A stretch of 64,000 nt of DNA from Ancylonema sp. Taxonomy: Eukaryota. The notes beneath the pieces are model-generated. The model ran no database searches. It was not told where the DNA came from and saw only the letters and a list, made by a program, of their open reading frames with translations. Made by a program: the position numbers and the translations under genes. Shown here in pieces: positions 12,201 through 24,090 of the stretch (its first letter is position 1; every line of letters starts with the position of its first letter). The stretch covers positions 1-64,000 of the forward strand of contig JBFLGF010000068.1 in assembly GCA_050230475.1 (NCBI GenBank). Direction: 5' to 3'.

Positions 12201-13106
12201 TTTTTTGTGAATTTCGTGGCCTCGTCTTCAAGTCATACAAAATCTACAAGTTTCTATGGATGGGTACATTCGTTGAGATATTGTGACACCATCCCTTGTT
12301 TACCGAATATTTCAAAATATTTTTTCGTGTACTTAGGCGCACATCCAAGGCACCGAGAGGTTGCCTCCGTCTCCAAAAGTCCCCTCGATTTTGTCTCGCG
12401 AGGATAACGAGAGTCTTCACTTATCGTACCAATTCACTATCCATATTCTTCTTGTAGATGCCTTATGTTGATTGTGTCTACCAAATCGAAGATTCTAGAA
12501 ACGTTTTGTTGCTTTCATAGTTTGCGCATGGTCGTTTGAATATGGATACTCTCGTTTTTCATACGCACTTTTTTGTTATCCGCAGAGGTTGAAAGATCAC
12601 CGAGTGGAGCAAGAAGTGAGGGTTCGAATGGCAACAAAACTAGCCATACATAAGGAGATTGCATCAGCGGCAATTGAGAAATTGAAACTTGAGGCTACAT
12701 CTTTTGTAGACTTTCTCCACTTTCTAGGTGTCGAGGTAAGTTCCGGACGACTTACAAATTTACATTCAAGTTGGTTGTCACATTGAAATAGTGCTTAAAG
12801 AAAGTAGAATCAAATGTTGTGTGGTGATTTGTAACAGGGAACGAAAGTTTCATATTGTTGTATATTTCTTGTCTTGCCTAATTTGTGTGACAAACCATCA
12901 TGCTCACGTATTGGTCGATCTTTTTTTAATATATAAACATTATCACATCTTGGTTTATTTGGACGTTTCAGGTTCAAGGAGGCGTTGAAGCTGCTCGAAA
13001 ATTAGCACTTCAGAAGTTTCACCCGGATAAAAACCGGTGTGCGAGTATCCAATACCAAGCTTACTATGAGGAAGCTATAAAGGCCATAAATAGTTGGTCG
13101 ATCTGA
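3296..13106 (+). pseudogene. Giant GBP/atlastin/RHD3-like GTPase - Cys/His-rich - vWA - J-domain gene, copy 1 (disabled)
   Basis: Exons ~3296-3455, 3719-4065, 4345-4644, 4836-6597, 6879-~8785, 8998-9180, ~9390-9692, ~9871-10099, ~10356-10592, ~10791-11069, 11244-11978, ~12337-12425, ~12586-12735, 12972-13106, collinear with copy 2 up to the vWA exon. P-loop SSMGKQSTGKS, G2-like RCTDG, G3 DLEG, IKDV; many CxxxC/GHxGxH motifs; vWA MIDAS DMSSS..GGT..SDG; FHPDK at the end. Lesions: frameshift plus TAG at 7362-7364, frameshift ~8370, TAA at 8651-8653, damaged donor ~8786, frameshift ~9063. Confidence 0.8.
12586..13106 (+). CDS. Two exons encoding a C-terminal DnaJ-like (HPD) domain, probably the last exons of copy 1
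   Basis: Exon ending GTCGAG|gtaag (12735) splices in phase 0 to ttcag|GTT (12972), giving ...FVDFLHFLGVE-VQGGVEAARKLALQKFHPDKNRCASIQYQAYYEEAIKAINSWSI* (TGA at 13104-13106). Confidence 0.75.
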
Positions 13107-14134
13107 TTCAACAAACTCAGAGCTCTGTGTCAAGATTTTAGTTTTCCAAACGAAAGAACTTGTCGAGTATAAAGAACGAAAACTATCTGGTTTTGTAGTT
13201 GGTACTGATGTAAGTTCGTACATGTACGCTAGTCTTGTTGTCATAGTGAGTGCATCAAACACTTACACATATAAATTCTCATTCAACAGTTTGCGGAGGT
13301 TTATTGTATGGTACTGATATTGGTTTTTTTACATTGCGTATGTTTATGAATAGGAATTAAGGTATGACTTCATCTACACGTCACAAAGTTTATGCAAAGT
13401 TGTTTCACATTATCAATAACCCTTCTATTTTCTATTCTCTATCCGTCACATTGCGAGTCCATAGTTGTTGGCTATATGATGGGATTTACAGAACATCTCA
13501 AGTCCATACATAATTCCGAGGAATACGGAAGAAATATTCGAAGGGTATGCACATAACACGAACATGAGTTGTGTAACAATATTGCTTTTTTCCCAACTGA
13601 CCATTGGAAATAATAAGAAGTTGAAAAAAAAGAGGTGTAGTTTTTGCTGGTTTGAAAATATTCGCGTTGTATATTGAAGTTATCATGGTCACTATACCTC
13701 AAAGGCAAATGGCACAAGTAAGATTGTAATTCCTTTTCAATGAGTTATATATTCTATTATATTATATTCTTGAATATCAACTCTAAATTGCAAAACAGAA
13801 CAAGATTGGAAATGGCGTTACGTGCAACACATAGAGAATCCGACTTGCTGACAAGACACAAGATGCTGGTAGTAAAATACATTCCGACGTTTCTTGAGTG
13901 TGTATTTCTTTAAAAAGAATTAATACTCACTATAAGAACAAAGAGGTGTCGTTCTTTATCTCGAATAAGGCGGGGCTAAGTAAAACGAACACGCATAGAC
14001 GTAGATCCCTTCATTCTTGCTCGATCCCTGAAATGATAATCGCAATAGGTTGCTCCAAACACTTGGTTGCGTGAAACGGGATGCTACAAGCTTTTCTTTC
14101 AAAATACCTTCAAGTAAATTTCGCCGAATGTGTC

Positions 14135-14370
14135 TGACCTGATCCGGATCGGCGCGGGATTGGAAATATAGATCGGATCCGGCCCAACAAGAAAACAATG
14201 AAGAATATACTCCTCTTTCGGGTTGTTATTTTGTAGTGGGTGCGTGTAAAGTTATTTTCTCCCATCGCTTTTTACCTAATGGTTGACGTCTCCAATCCCG
14301 AGCGGCGCCGGGTCGGGTCCAATCCGGATCGGCGCGGGATCGGAAATTCTTATAATTGGATTGGGCTCCA
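14135..14370. repeat. Dispersed GATCGG/CCGGATC-rich repeat (MITE-like remnant), homologous to 60328-60610
   Basis: Collinear blocks shared with 60390-60605, e.g. ggcgcgggat..atcggatc.ggcc, ctcccatcgctttttacctaatg vs ttcccatcagttttcacctcatg, and gatcggaaatt. Confidence 0.55.
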
Positions 14371-15059
14371 TCGTTATAACGACTCTGTCCAACGTCGAGT
14401 CAGCAGTCTGAATGAGTGGCATTCGGGAGATGCGATCTATATCCAGAATCTCATGTTACTACATTTGAGGAATTCAATGTGACCATGTATCTCACATTGG
14501 CAATAAGATGGTGAACATTCTTGGAGAGGGCGCGATTATTAATATCCGCCGACTCATTGGTACACTTCACGAATTTATTGAAATCTCGACTACATGGAGT
14601 GGAAGAAGAAATGAAGGTGTAGGTGTAGATGACCTATCCGACAATCACTTACTGATTGTCGACAAGACCCTCTCAATGAAAAATATTGCGTCGGGTCTCT
14701 AAACGATGGCAAAATATAGAAGCCCACAGATAGGAAAGAGGTCCGGATTTTGACACAAAAGTATTCACGATAAACGGTAGCTCTGCGGTATTTATTATCA
14801 GATTTATCACCATCTGAATTTATTACGGAATTTGGGGAGGGATCGTTTTCACATAATTGTAGGCATATTTGGCTCCACCCTCTTGCCGATTCCGGCATTT
14901 TGTTGAATGAAATGTCACATCTGGAGGTCTAGCCATCATCTCATTAGATTCAAATGGATTAACATCGTTGAAAATTTCGTTGAAATTCTCACGTACGAAC
15001 TTGTCGCCACATCGATCATTTTTTTTCTGAAAATAGTATGCTTCACAACAACTCACATA

Positions 15060-16495
15060 CCGTAGTGGCCATACATAATGACCCGGGTAAAAAAAAAACA
15101 ATGATTTTTTGTCGTGACCAACCAAGTTGACCCGGGCAAAATATATTTATTATCCCGTGACCCACAACTATGACCCGGGTAAAATATATTTATTATACCG
15201 TGACCCGGCAAGCAAAATGACCCACCTTTAAAACAACACGCAATTTGTACCGCACGAGTACCGTACTAATTATGGCACTGTAAACCTTGGGGGGGTATCT
15301 TTCGGCCATCTTTTTTTTATTTTTTATTCCCGAGGTTTTTTTTTCACTCTACCGTTCACTTTCCGCTAAAAAATCCGTTCACTTTCCTTTATCTCAAATT
15401 TATTTGCCGTTCATCCGTTCACTTCACAATAAAAAAACTCGCTCACTTTCCTTTACCTCAAATTCATTCGCCGTCCATCCATTCACTTTACTGTGAAAAA
15501 GCTGTTCACTTTCCTTTAACTCAAATTCGTTTGCCGTTCATCCGTTCACTTTACACTGAAAAATCCGTTCACTTTCCTTTACCTCAAATGCATTCGCCGT
15601 TCATCCGTTCACTTTACACTCTAAAACCCGTTCACTTTCCTTCACCTCATCCATTCGCCGTTCATCCGTTCACTTTACACTCTAAAATCCGTTCACTTTT
15701 CCTTTCCCTCAAATTCATTTGCCGTTCATCCGTTCCCTTTACACTAAATAACTCGTTCACTTCCTTTATCTCAAATTAATTCGCCGTTCATCGGTTCACT
15801 TTACACGGAAAAATCCGTTCCGTGAAGGAAGTCCTTCACCTCAAATTTATTTGCCATTCATCCGTTCACTTTCGTTCAAAAGTCTGATCTCGGTGGGGTG
15901 CATTGTCGGCTCTAGATTGCGGCCTTGCAGACTGGAGCCAACTCTCAGACCTAAACAGTGACTCATGAAGTGGAACAGTAGTGAAGATTAAATAGTGATA
16001 GAGTATGAGTAGTGTGTAGTGAGTAGTGAGTCACTACTAGTGACTAGTAAGTGAGTGTGTCGAGATGTCCACATTCTTTCGGTTTGTTTATTTTTCCATA
16101 CTTTTCGGAATATTGAAGGGTGTATCGTGGTTTAAAAAAACCTGGGAACTCTATGTTGTTTATCATGTTGGCTTGTGCATGGTGCAAAAATGTAAGAAAT
16201 ATATGCACCTTAAATGTTCCCCAACATGTCCATTCCCCCCCCTAAATTTGTGAAAAGGAAACCAATAACGATTGATTACGCGGCTACGGGACCACGATTG
16301 ATTCTTGGCGGTCGGGATCCAACCACATATGTATTTTGAGCAAAAAAACGAATAAAACCGATTTTACGATGTTGACCCACTACGTCGACTTTCGGAATTT
16401 ATGGTGTGACCCAACCCCAAAAAACGAATTATTTAATTTGACCCGACCCACCCTTTCAATAATTATTTGCGGGTCATTATGTATGGCCAGTACGG
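15060..16495. mobile_element. Non-autonomous TA-flanked DNA transposon (Tc1/mariner-type) with internal tandem repeats
   Basis: 25-bp TIR CCGTAGTGGCCATACATAATGACCC / GGGTCATTATGTATGGCCAGTACGG (1 mismatch), TA on both sides; subterminal TGACCC(GGG) repeats. Confidence 0.85.
15345..15873. repeat. Minisatellite, about 8 copies of a ~63-bp unit
   Basis: Unit approx. CCGTTCACTTTCCTTTACCTCAAATTCATTCGCCGTTCATCCGTTCACTTTACACTGAAAAAT; CTCAAAT recurs every ~62-64 bp. Confidence 0.9.
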
Positions 16496-16959
16496 TATCA
16501 ATAACTTGAGTAGTTTGATGGAAACTCAAGTTCATATAAATTATTTGCTTTGTTACAATGCACACGCCAAATGACTAACCCAGTTTAGCCCCATAGGAGA
16601 TAAGTCATGTTGCCCTTGTTTGCGCCTACGATTACATCACCATGAAACCTGTGGTTGGAAACTCTTTTTTCTACCCATTCCCCTACGGGGCCTTCATTTG
16701 CAAAATCCTGATTGTACTTGTGTGCACAGATTGTCGACTCTTTTTATTGGTACATATATGGTGAAGGCAAGGTTCGCTCACCTGAATATCAACTAGCTTT
16801 GGTATCTTCAACTACCTCATATTATGCTTCCATACCTTCCCCCTTCTCAATTACGTGCCATGTGGCGTCGTGTGCATCCAAAATTTGTGACTTCTTCCCA
16901 TCAATATATACACATTTCCATCTGTATCCAGCCTACTTTGGCTGACCAATGCAGACAAC

Positions 16960-18110
16960 CGCTTCAGTTTTCACCAGGTGTTCCTCAGAAGAATCCTTCA
17001 GCTGCCTCTTGATCAAAGAATCCTCTAGCTTCACAAACGATTTGAAAAAGAAAAGCCACAAAATTATACTTGAATAAGAGCTCAAGCAGCCTCCAATTTT
17101 CTCTAATCAGACTAACCATCATTTCACCATCCACCTCGGAATAGAACAAACGAACGGAACAAAAAGGACTCACTTAGTGCTTTCACTTTTGTTATGTTCA
17201 ACATAAAACTCCATCAGACTAGTCACAATATTTCTCAATGCACAATGTTGTTTACACTTCCTATCAAACACACGCACCCACCACAACTCTTTTTTGAAAA
17301 GGCACCACCTATCCAGTAATATTAAAGGGTTATAAATATTGCTGATTCTCCTTACAACGTAATATCAGTTCACTCACCTGAGAAGTAATTTAAAAAAAAA
17401 AATGAGGCCAATCAAATGGCATACATCAGCTTGTGGGCATCATACCTCAAATATACTTAGCAATTCCGCCGCTAAAGTACTTGCTGCAGCAGCTGCCAGC
17501 GTTGCTTCCTCTGCTCTTTTCTGCAAGTGAACCAAAAAAAACCGAATATGTAATTTCTTGCTTTCAGTTGAGCGACCTAGCATCTTCATGTATAATGTTC
17601 ATGGATCTTCCACTACAACACAAGTGATTGAATATTACAAGCCGTGTTTATGGCTCACATGTTGGCTGCAATCAGATAACTTGTAAAGCCATTGACGTTC
17701 TATGATATGCTAAGGGGTATCATTTATGATATTATTGTGCTTGGCTGGCCGGCCCAAACCTTGTGAAAATCGACTTGCACTTGCAGTTTGTGTAGCTCTT
17801 CGGAGTAGGCCTGCTTCACTTCCCCCAGCCTTGCCCCATACTGATGAAGAAACGGAAGGTCAAGCTGCAACTGGATAGGATTTGGCCTGCAGTTCGCACT
17901 CAAGGCGCAGTTCGGAGGTCAATACTCAGATGCAGTCCTCATCTCGATTCATTCGCACTCGAGGCGTTTCTAACTACTCAATGCATTCCTGTGTCCTGCA
18001 CACCGGCTACCTTTCCTGATTAATAAGACAAGGCTACCCATCCTGTTTCACCTATTTCGATTGCTGCCATTTAATCGGAGAGCTCCTGCCTCCTCCTCTC
18101 CCGCTAGATA
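16960..18110 (-). other. Possible spliced coding remnants of an unidentified helical protein
   Basis: Short minus-strand open stretches ending in good donors: ~17870-17760 (LQLDLPFLHQYGARLGEVKQAYSEELHKLQVQVDFHK|gtttg) and ~17525-17446 (KRAEEATLAAAAASTLAAELLSIFE|gtatg). I could not build a full model. Confidence 0.25.
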
Positions 18111-18835
18111 GCTTAGGAATCTTGAATATTATACTCGATTTGTGCTTGTGCAGAAGCGTGTAAGAGTTGTTGATTGCGACAATATACTTCCGAACAAGGG
18201 GCTAGAACACGAAAGTCCTGTAACATCTTTTCTTGTGGCCAGGCTGCACAGAATGAAACCTCATTTTCTACGGTGTCGTACCCGGAACCTCTAGTAAGAC
18301 CATAATGCAATATTGCTGGAACCAAATTCTTACAAGAGTGCTGGAGTGAAGCTTCCTCGCGAGTTTGCCCGTGCATCACTTGTTGCTTGTATTAGGATGA
18401 CCGTTGGTAAATGCCAGCCAGCTAATCCGAAAGAAAGAGCACCTCTTAAAGCGCCCCTAATTAAAAAATGAGACTCTCCATCAATTGGCACTCCCAGACC
18501 ACCTATCCAGCTCCCAATAAAAACTCCTAGAGAAGCGCAGAGAAGACTGTTCGGAAGAATCACGAGCCGCGTCAGCAAATCGTCCATCGAGATTCTGAAA
18601 GTACAGAATTCAAGGCTGATGAAATTTTGTCCTCGCTTCACTCAGCGAGATCCCTTTTCCCCTTCCACTTTTTCTTTCCTCCCCGTGATTGTATGTCGCA
18701 GCGATAGTGGAGTCTCGCTTAATATTTTATCCAATGGAGTTTGGGCGCGAGAACTGCTGGCATTGACTGTCTACTTCTGGGGACGACATGTAGACGGCCC
18801 CGCTGTCCGCAAAGAAAGGATCGTCGTCGAACGCA

Positions 18836-19222
18836 GAGTGTTGGGGGCCATCCGCCAAACACCCCGGGCTGGGTTGAAAACTGACCCGCCACCCGCCTTC
18901 GACCCGCCAGGACCCCCGAACCGCACTCTACCAACTTTCCACCTGCTCCATCCGCTGACCCGCCTAGAAGAGCAGTTGGTATGGCCTTCCCGGCAGCCCA
19001 AAACCGGGTTACAAGCCTGGAATAACCCGGAATAACCCTCGTACCCGGAAATTTCCGGAATGCCCCCAGTGTATGTTTGCCTTTTCCGGCTATTTCAGGG
19101 TTCATCAGGGTAGGTTATGGTAGGTTCTCCCGGAATATATGTTTCATTTATAGGCATCCCACCTCCGCATTTTTGTTTTGAATCAAAGATCCTGTGCGGC
19201 CACGCCGTGGGCCCACAAAAAT
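18836..19222 (-). mobile_element. Short degenerate derivative of the hAT family at 21228-23864
   Basis: 18836-18965 is the diverged reverse complement of the right end 23740-23864 (gagtgttgggggccatccgcca...gggttgaaaactgacccgccacccgccttcgacccgccag). Weak opposite end gtgggcccacaaaa near 19207-19222. Confidence 0.55.
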
Positions 19223-19584
19223 CTCGTTGCGGACGGCAAACGGGATGGGCGCATGCAAATCTTCTCTCGCAACAACATTCTCAAATGCTTTGGAGCCCCT
19301 TAACACGAAAAAACGAAGCCGTAGATAACTCTCCTATGAAATTTTTATTGAGAAATTATCAATAATCGTTCCTACCTCGGTGAGATTACTCTATGAAGAT
19401 ATTTATTGTTTCAAGGTCTAGCAATATACTAGTAGCAACATGTGGACCAATCCGGGTGTTCGTGAACATTTATCAATCTCCTTTCCGATCTTTATTCGAC
19501 CTTAATTGAAAATAAATATGCATGGCATGCTATCTTACACTATCAAGTGTGTATAAAGGGATAACATCGATGACATGGCGAATA

Positions 19585-20090
19585 GGCGCATCATAACAAA
19601 CACAATCACAAGTTGTATATCCCGCATCACACAAGTATCATACAAGCGTCACCTAAACATCATGTAAGTGTATAAAAAATCATAATTATAATCATAACAC
19701 TAGTCAAAGACATCATAAGTATAATTTTCTTACATATAGCTAAAGAATAAGATAAGCTAGTCACTCTAATTGACATGCTTAATGATTATTACATTGTTAC
19801 CGTCAAATATTCGTTTGTACATTGTGTACTCCACACAAACAGACGCATCACAACAAACAAAACCACGAGTAGCATGTCACTCATCAAACAAGTATCACAC
19901 AAGCTTCGCCCAAGTATCATTGCATCGATAAGTAGATAAAAAAAATAACTATATTCATATACATCATAAGTATTATTTTTTCACATGTCGCTTCAGAATC
20001 AAGATGAGCGAGTCTCTAGAAATGACTAATTCAATACTGTTTACGTTGATAACGGCAATATTCGTGTGTACAACGTCTAGGCCACATAAT
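19585..20090. repeat. Diverged tandem duplication, two ~255-bp units
   Basis: cgcatca.aacaaaca...acaagtatca.acaagc...catcataagta.....aatattcgt.tgtaca occurs at 19585-19841 and again at 19842-20090. Confidence 0.75.
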
Positions 20091-21227
20091 TGGGTTAATC
20101 TGAAGAGACTCTCTTAACATTGAAATATAAGTATTGAAAAGTACCAAACAAAACCATTAAGGAGTTATTTCTCGCTTTTGGGTATAATAACCTCAGGGTG
20201 TGTTAGGATATGTTAGGGTTATTTAGATTGGAAGTCACGCGTTGATACATGTACTACTGATTGTAGCGCGTAAGATAAGTATGGCTTTGTACGGTAGTCC
20301 CGAAAACGGAGGGTTTTTTTTATTTTTGGCAAACGCCCTAGAAAGACGAATCCGACTCGGGTAGTAATTTATGGCTCATTGACATCATGAGTAACACAGA
20401 TTTAACAAATTTAATTATCGATGGGTGTTGGATGCTAAAATGTAATGAATACGAATTTATTTTCCATCTTGTTGACGATTCGTCGATATCACTAAAAGGG
20501 CGGGTTGCACTTCGGAAATTTACGACCCAAATATCACTTAAGTGTAATATATAATTAGATCATTTTTTTAAACAAATAAACACGGGTACCTTCAAGTATG
20601 ACTTGTTTAGTGAAATCTCTTTTTACTCATCTTTTTATGGACGGTGGAGACGTAGAATGACTATATCGAATGCCACGTCAACCACGATTTAAAAAAAAAT
20701 CACCATCTCCAAGGAACGTTTGGCTAAGTTACTAAAACGAGAATTGGCACGAATGAACCTAAAGAAAAAAATGAAATACAAATGTAGGAGGGTTTATTTT
20801 CGTGTTACTTCATGTACAGCTATCAATTGAATTGCATGTGTATTGTTTGAGCAACACCAGTGTAAATCGAGAACCACGTTCATTTTGGATAGGAATACAC
20901 GTACGTGTGGAAGGTATTCGTATGATTTAAACATATAGTTTAAAGAAAAGACGAATTACACGTTATATTCACATTCAAGGAAAAAAACGTATAACTCGGT
21001 GACTTAATTGGACACATGTCTATATCGAAGTTTAGCGGATCGAGAGTTCACTCTAGGCGATGTTTAACTCTTTTAAAAACGTTGATTTGATTACCGATAT
21101 CAAGGAGTTATATATTATTGTTGTACTTTTTGTACCCGCACCCCGGGCGAAAATCCCGCCCGTTTTTCTTCCGCGAGCGAAGCTCCAGGCAAGGGAAACT
21201 TGACGTCGCGTCTAGACTAGACTAGAC

Positions 21228-23864
21228 TAGTGTTGGGGCCCACCCGCCACCCTCATCCACCCGCGATCCGCTCGGGTCCGAAACCCACCCCACCCTCAGC
21301 ACTTTGGCGGGTGCTATAGTGCCCACCCCCCACCCGCCCTCCACCCGCCTTCCACCCGCCCCACCCGCGATGCACCCGCCGACCCGCCAACAATGGCGGG
21401 TGGGCGGGTTAAATGGACATTTTGAGTATGAAAACTTTTACAAAACAAAATACAAATGCTTATTAAGCATTACTTAACATACAAAATTAGAAGAGAAGTC
21501 AAATTTCTCGGATTTCGGACAATTTGCTGTGTACCTTCATTTTGCTTACTCTCTTCATGTTGTTTTTCGGGTTGTTCCATCAAATTATGCTTATTTTGCA
21601 CGTGTTATAATTGGGTCACCTGTAGGTGTTCCCCATGAAGACGGAGAATGTAACTGCCGTGATGGAGACAGGGGGGTTCATCGCGTCGCGACTCGACGAA
21701 GTGGTGCGGATGTTGGAGGAGAAGTATGGAGTTCAAGTGCTCGCAATGACTTCGGATGCGGCTGCAAATTGCAAGTTGGGCAGGAAGATTGCGTTGAAGT
21801 ATCGGAAGGACATTCTTTATTTAGATTGCGCTACCCATTTGGTGGCGCTGATTACATTATACTTTTTAAAGGTGGGTGAGACGATGTATTTCAATATGAA
21901 TATTTAAATCATAAAAAAATTCCAGTTCTTATATCATATATATATATATATGATTCATATAAAATGACGGTTCATCATTGTGACAAGTTGAGCACGTGTG
22001 CACCGCGGCGATCGAGAAGGCGACAAACATCATCAACTGGTTCATGAGTCACTCGCTTGCAAACGAGTGGTTGAAGATGAAGACGAGGGCATTACTGAAA
22101 AGAGTCGCGTTCTTGGTGCTCCCTCTGTTCAATCGTTGCAATTTCATGGCGAATGCAATCTGTGCACTTCTTGAGGTAGGGTGCTTTTTAGGTGGATTCC
22201 TTTGGGTTTTTTTGGTATAGTTTATTGCTTTGTGTTGTACTTTATGTAGGTGGAGTTGGCATTGCACTAACTTGTAGTGGAGGAGGGCGACACCTTTTTG
22301 AGATCTCCGTCAACACCGGCTCTGAAGGAGAAAGTGAGGAGTTTGATAAGCCGGTGCAAGGACGAGGGGTTTTGAGCCCTACTAAAAATTGGTGAGTTAG
22401 TGATATTTACTTGCTACAGATTTCAGCATGACCAAGAGTTTGTAACGTGTGGTGGGTGTGGTGGTGCAGGTTGCAATGGTTGTGGTGCCACTGAAGGTGG
22501 TCAATATCATTCCGGAATTTGATAAGGCGACGTTGGGGGACGTCTTCGAGCGCATGTGCCAACTGTTCATGCATTTTGGTACTGTGGAGGATGAAGAGGT
22601 GAAAAACCTCATGCAAAAGTCAATCGAGGTTCGTACCCACTTGTTCCAGCTCATGTTGCCTCACTTGTGTTTTTCGTCTCGTTTCGCCAACCCACTGTCA
22701 TTGATATATTTACAAGCTCGGTGGAAGAAGATGGATCAGGAAGTGTTCGTCATAGCATACGTGTTATAACCAGCATTCAGTGTGGAGGGCTTGAATCCGA
22801 GGGCAATCAGATGTGTATATTTGATGATCTGGTGAGGACGTTGAGCAAGGATGGTCTACGCATCGAAAATCCTAACTAGTTGATCACCAATAGCAACAAC
22901 CCTCTACACTTATTCAAACCGTTGAGTTTCACGGACATGGAGAGCTACATGTAGAGAAGTAGTGAGGTTTCCATTGTGCCTGTAAATTGTTTTGTGTCGC
23001 TAATAGCACCGGTGTAAGTAATGATATATTTTTCATTTGCGAGCACCCTTGCAAATAGGCACATAAACGTCTTCTTGTATTTATTGCATGCTGTTGACTA
23101 CTAGTGAGTAGTTGAGTTTTGGCTGTAGACGAAAGAGATTGAGAAGTTGTGTCTGTAGATGTTCATCTAATATTGGTTAGTTGGCTACTATACTTAATGC
23201 AACAATGGTTCAAAATGTGCAACATTTTATTGGTCATTCCATGCATTTTATAGCGTTTCATCCACACAAATGAACTAGCTTTGCTTCCTTACTTTGGGGT
23301 CGGTTACCGTGCGACAATATAAGTCACACTCTATATGGGCTACTCAACATGCGTAGCCAAGACTTGAATAAAACATCGCCCAATTAATGCCAAATTGAAA
23401 AAAACCCTTTTACGCACTTCATCGGGCGGGGTCAACCACGTGGAATTGCAACGGCCACCGCCACTCACACCAAAAAAAAAACAATTAACATGGATGTACG
23501 CATGGAACTCCTCACGTGATACTTCCGAGTAGTGTCCGTGTTGTGTATTGTTTCATGTACACCACCCTTGCAATAGGGGAACTGTCAAAAATGTCCGAAA
23601 ACCGAGAAATTGGACATCTCTTCCATTTTTTTGAGTTAAATAATACTTTATATGCATTTGTATAGTGTTTTGTAAAAGTTTTCCTACTCAAAATGTCCGT
23701 TTTACCCGCCCACCCGCCATTTTTGGCGGGTCGGCGGGTGCATCGCTGGTGGGGCGGGTGGAAGGCGGGTGGAGGGCGGGCGGGGGATGCTGGCGGGTCG
23801 AAGGCGGGTGGCGGGTCCGTTTTCAACCCACCCGGAGGTATCTGGCGGGTGGGCCCCAACACTA
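21228..23864 (+). mobile_element. Degenerate hAT DNA transposon with long inverted ends
   Basis: 22-bp perfect TIR TAGTGTTGGGGCCCACCCGCCA, CACCCGC subterminal repeats, inverted similarity extending ~300 bp, transposase remnants inside. No clean 8-bp TSD. Confidence 0.9.
21626..22790 (+). pseudogene. hAT transposase fragments (catalytic-core region)
   Basis: VLAMTSDAAANCK...YLDCATHLVALI matches the hAT D-x-A-x-N and CxxH motifs; ARWKKMDQEVFVIAYVL*PAF matches the downstream RW...LxP motif. Interrupted by stops and frameshifts. Confidence 0.8.
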
Positions 23865-24090
23865 GACGGTCTAGTGCACCCGTCGGCTGCGATACCCGGC
23901 ACCCGACATCGATGACGGAAGGGGACGGGGCGGGCAAGAATGACGCGAACCATCATCATGATGGTTCGCGGTTCATGAATTTCATTAGTCATGATGGTTT
24001 TCCCCAAAAGAGCATTCCAGGAGCATGACTAGGGCACCCTTACCTTAGGTCAGCTCCGCTTTGTATTGGAGAGAAAAGGTGCGTGGGGCC

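Noticed and set aside
3296..13106. Prokaryote-style multi-gene operon suggested by consecutive same-strand ORFs
   Set aside because: ORF breaks coincide with GT-AG introns or with lesions that are intact in the paralogue; it is one spliced gene.
15345..15873. CRISPR-like array
   Set aside because: The sequence between recurring motifs is itself repeated (no unique spacers), there are no cas genes, and the context is eukaryotic.
23512..24028. Gly/Pro-rich ORFs on both strands (also 18619-19105)
   Set aside because: They arise from GC-rich hAT subterminal repeats.
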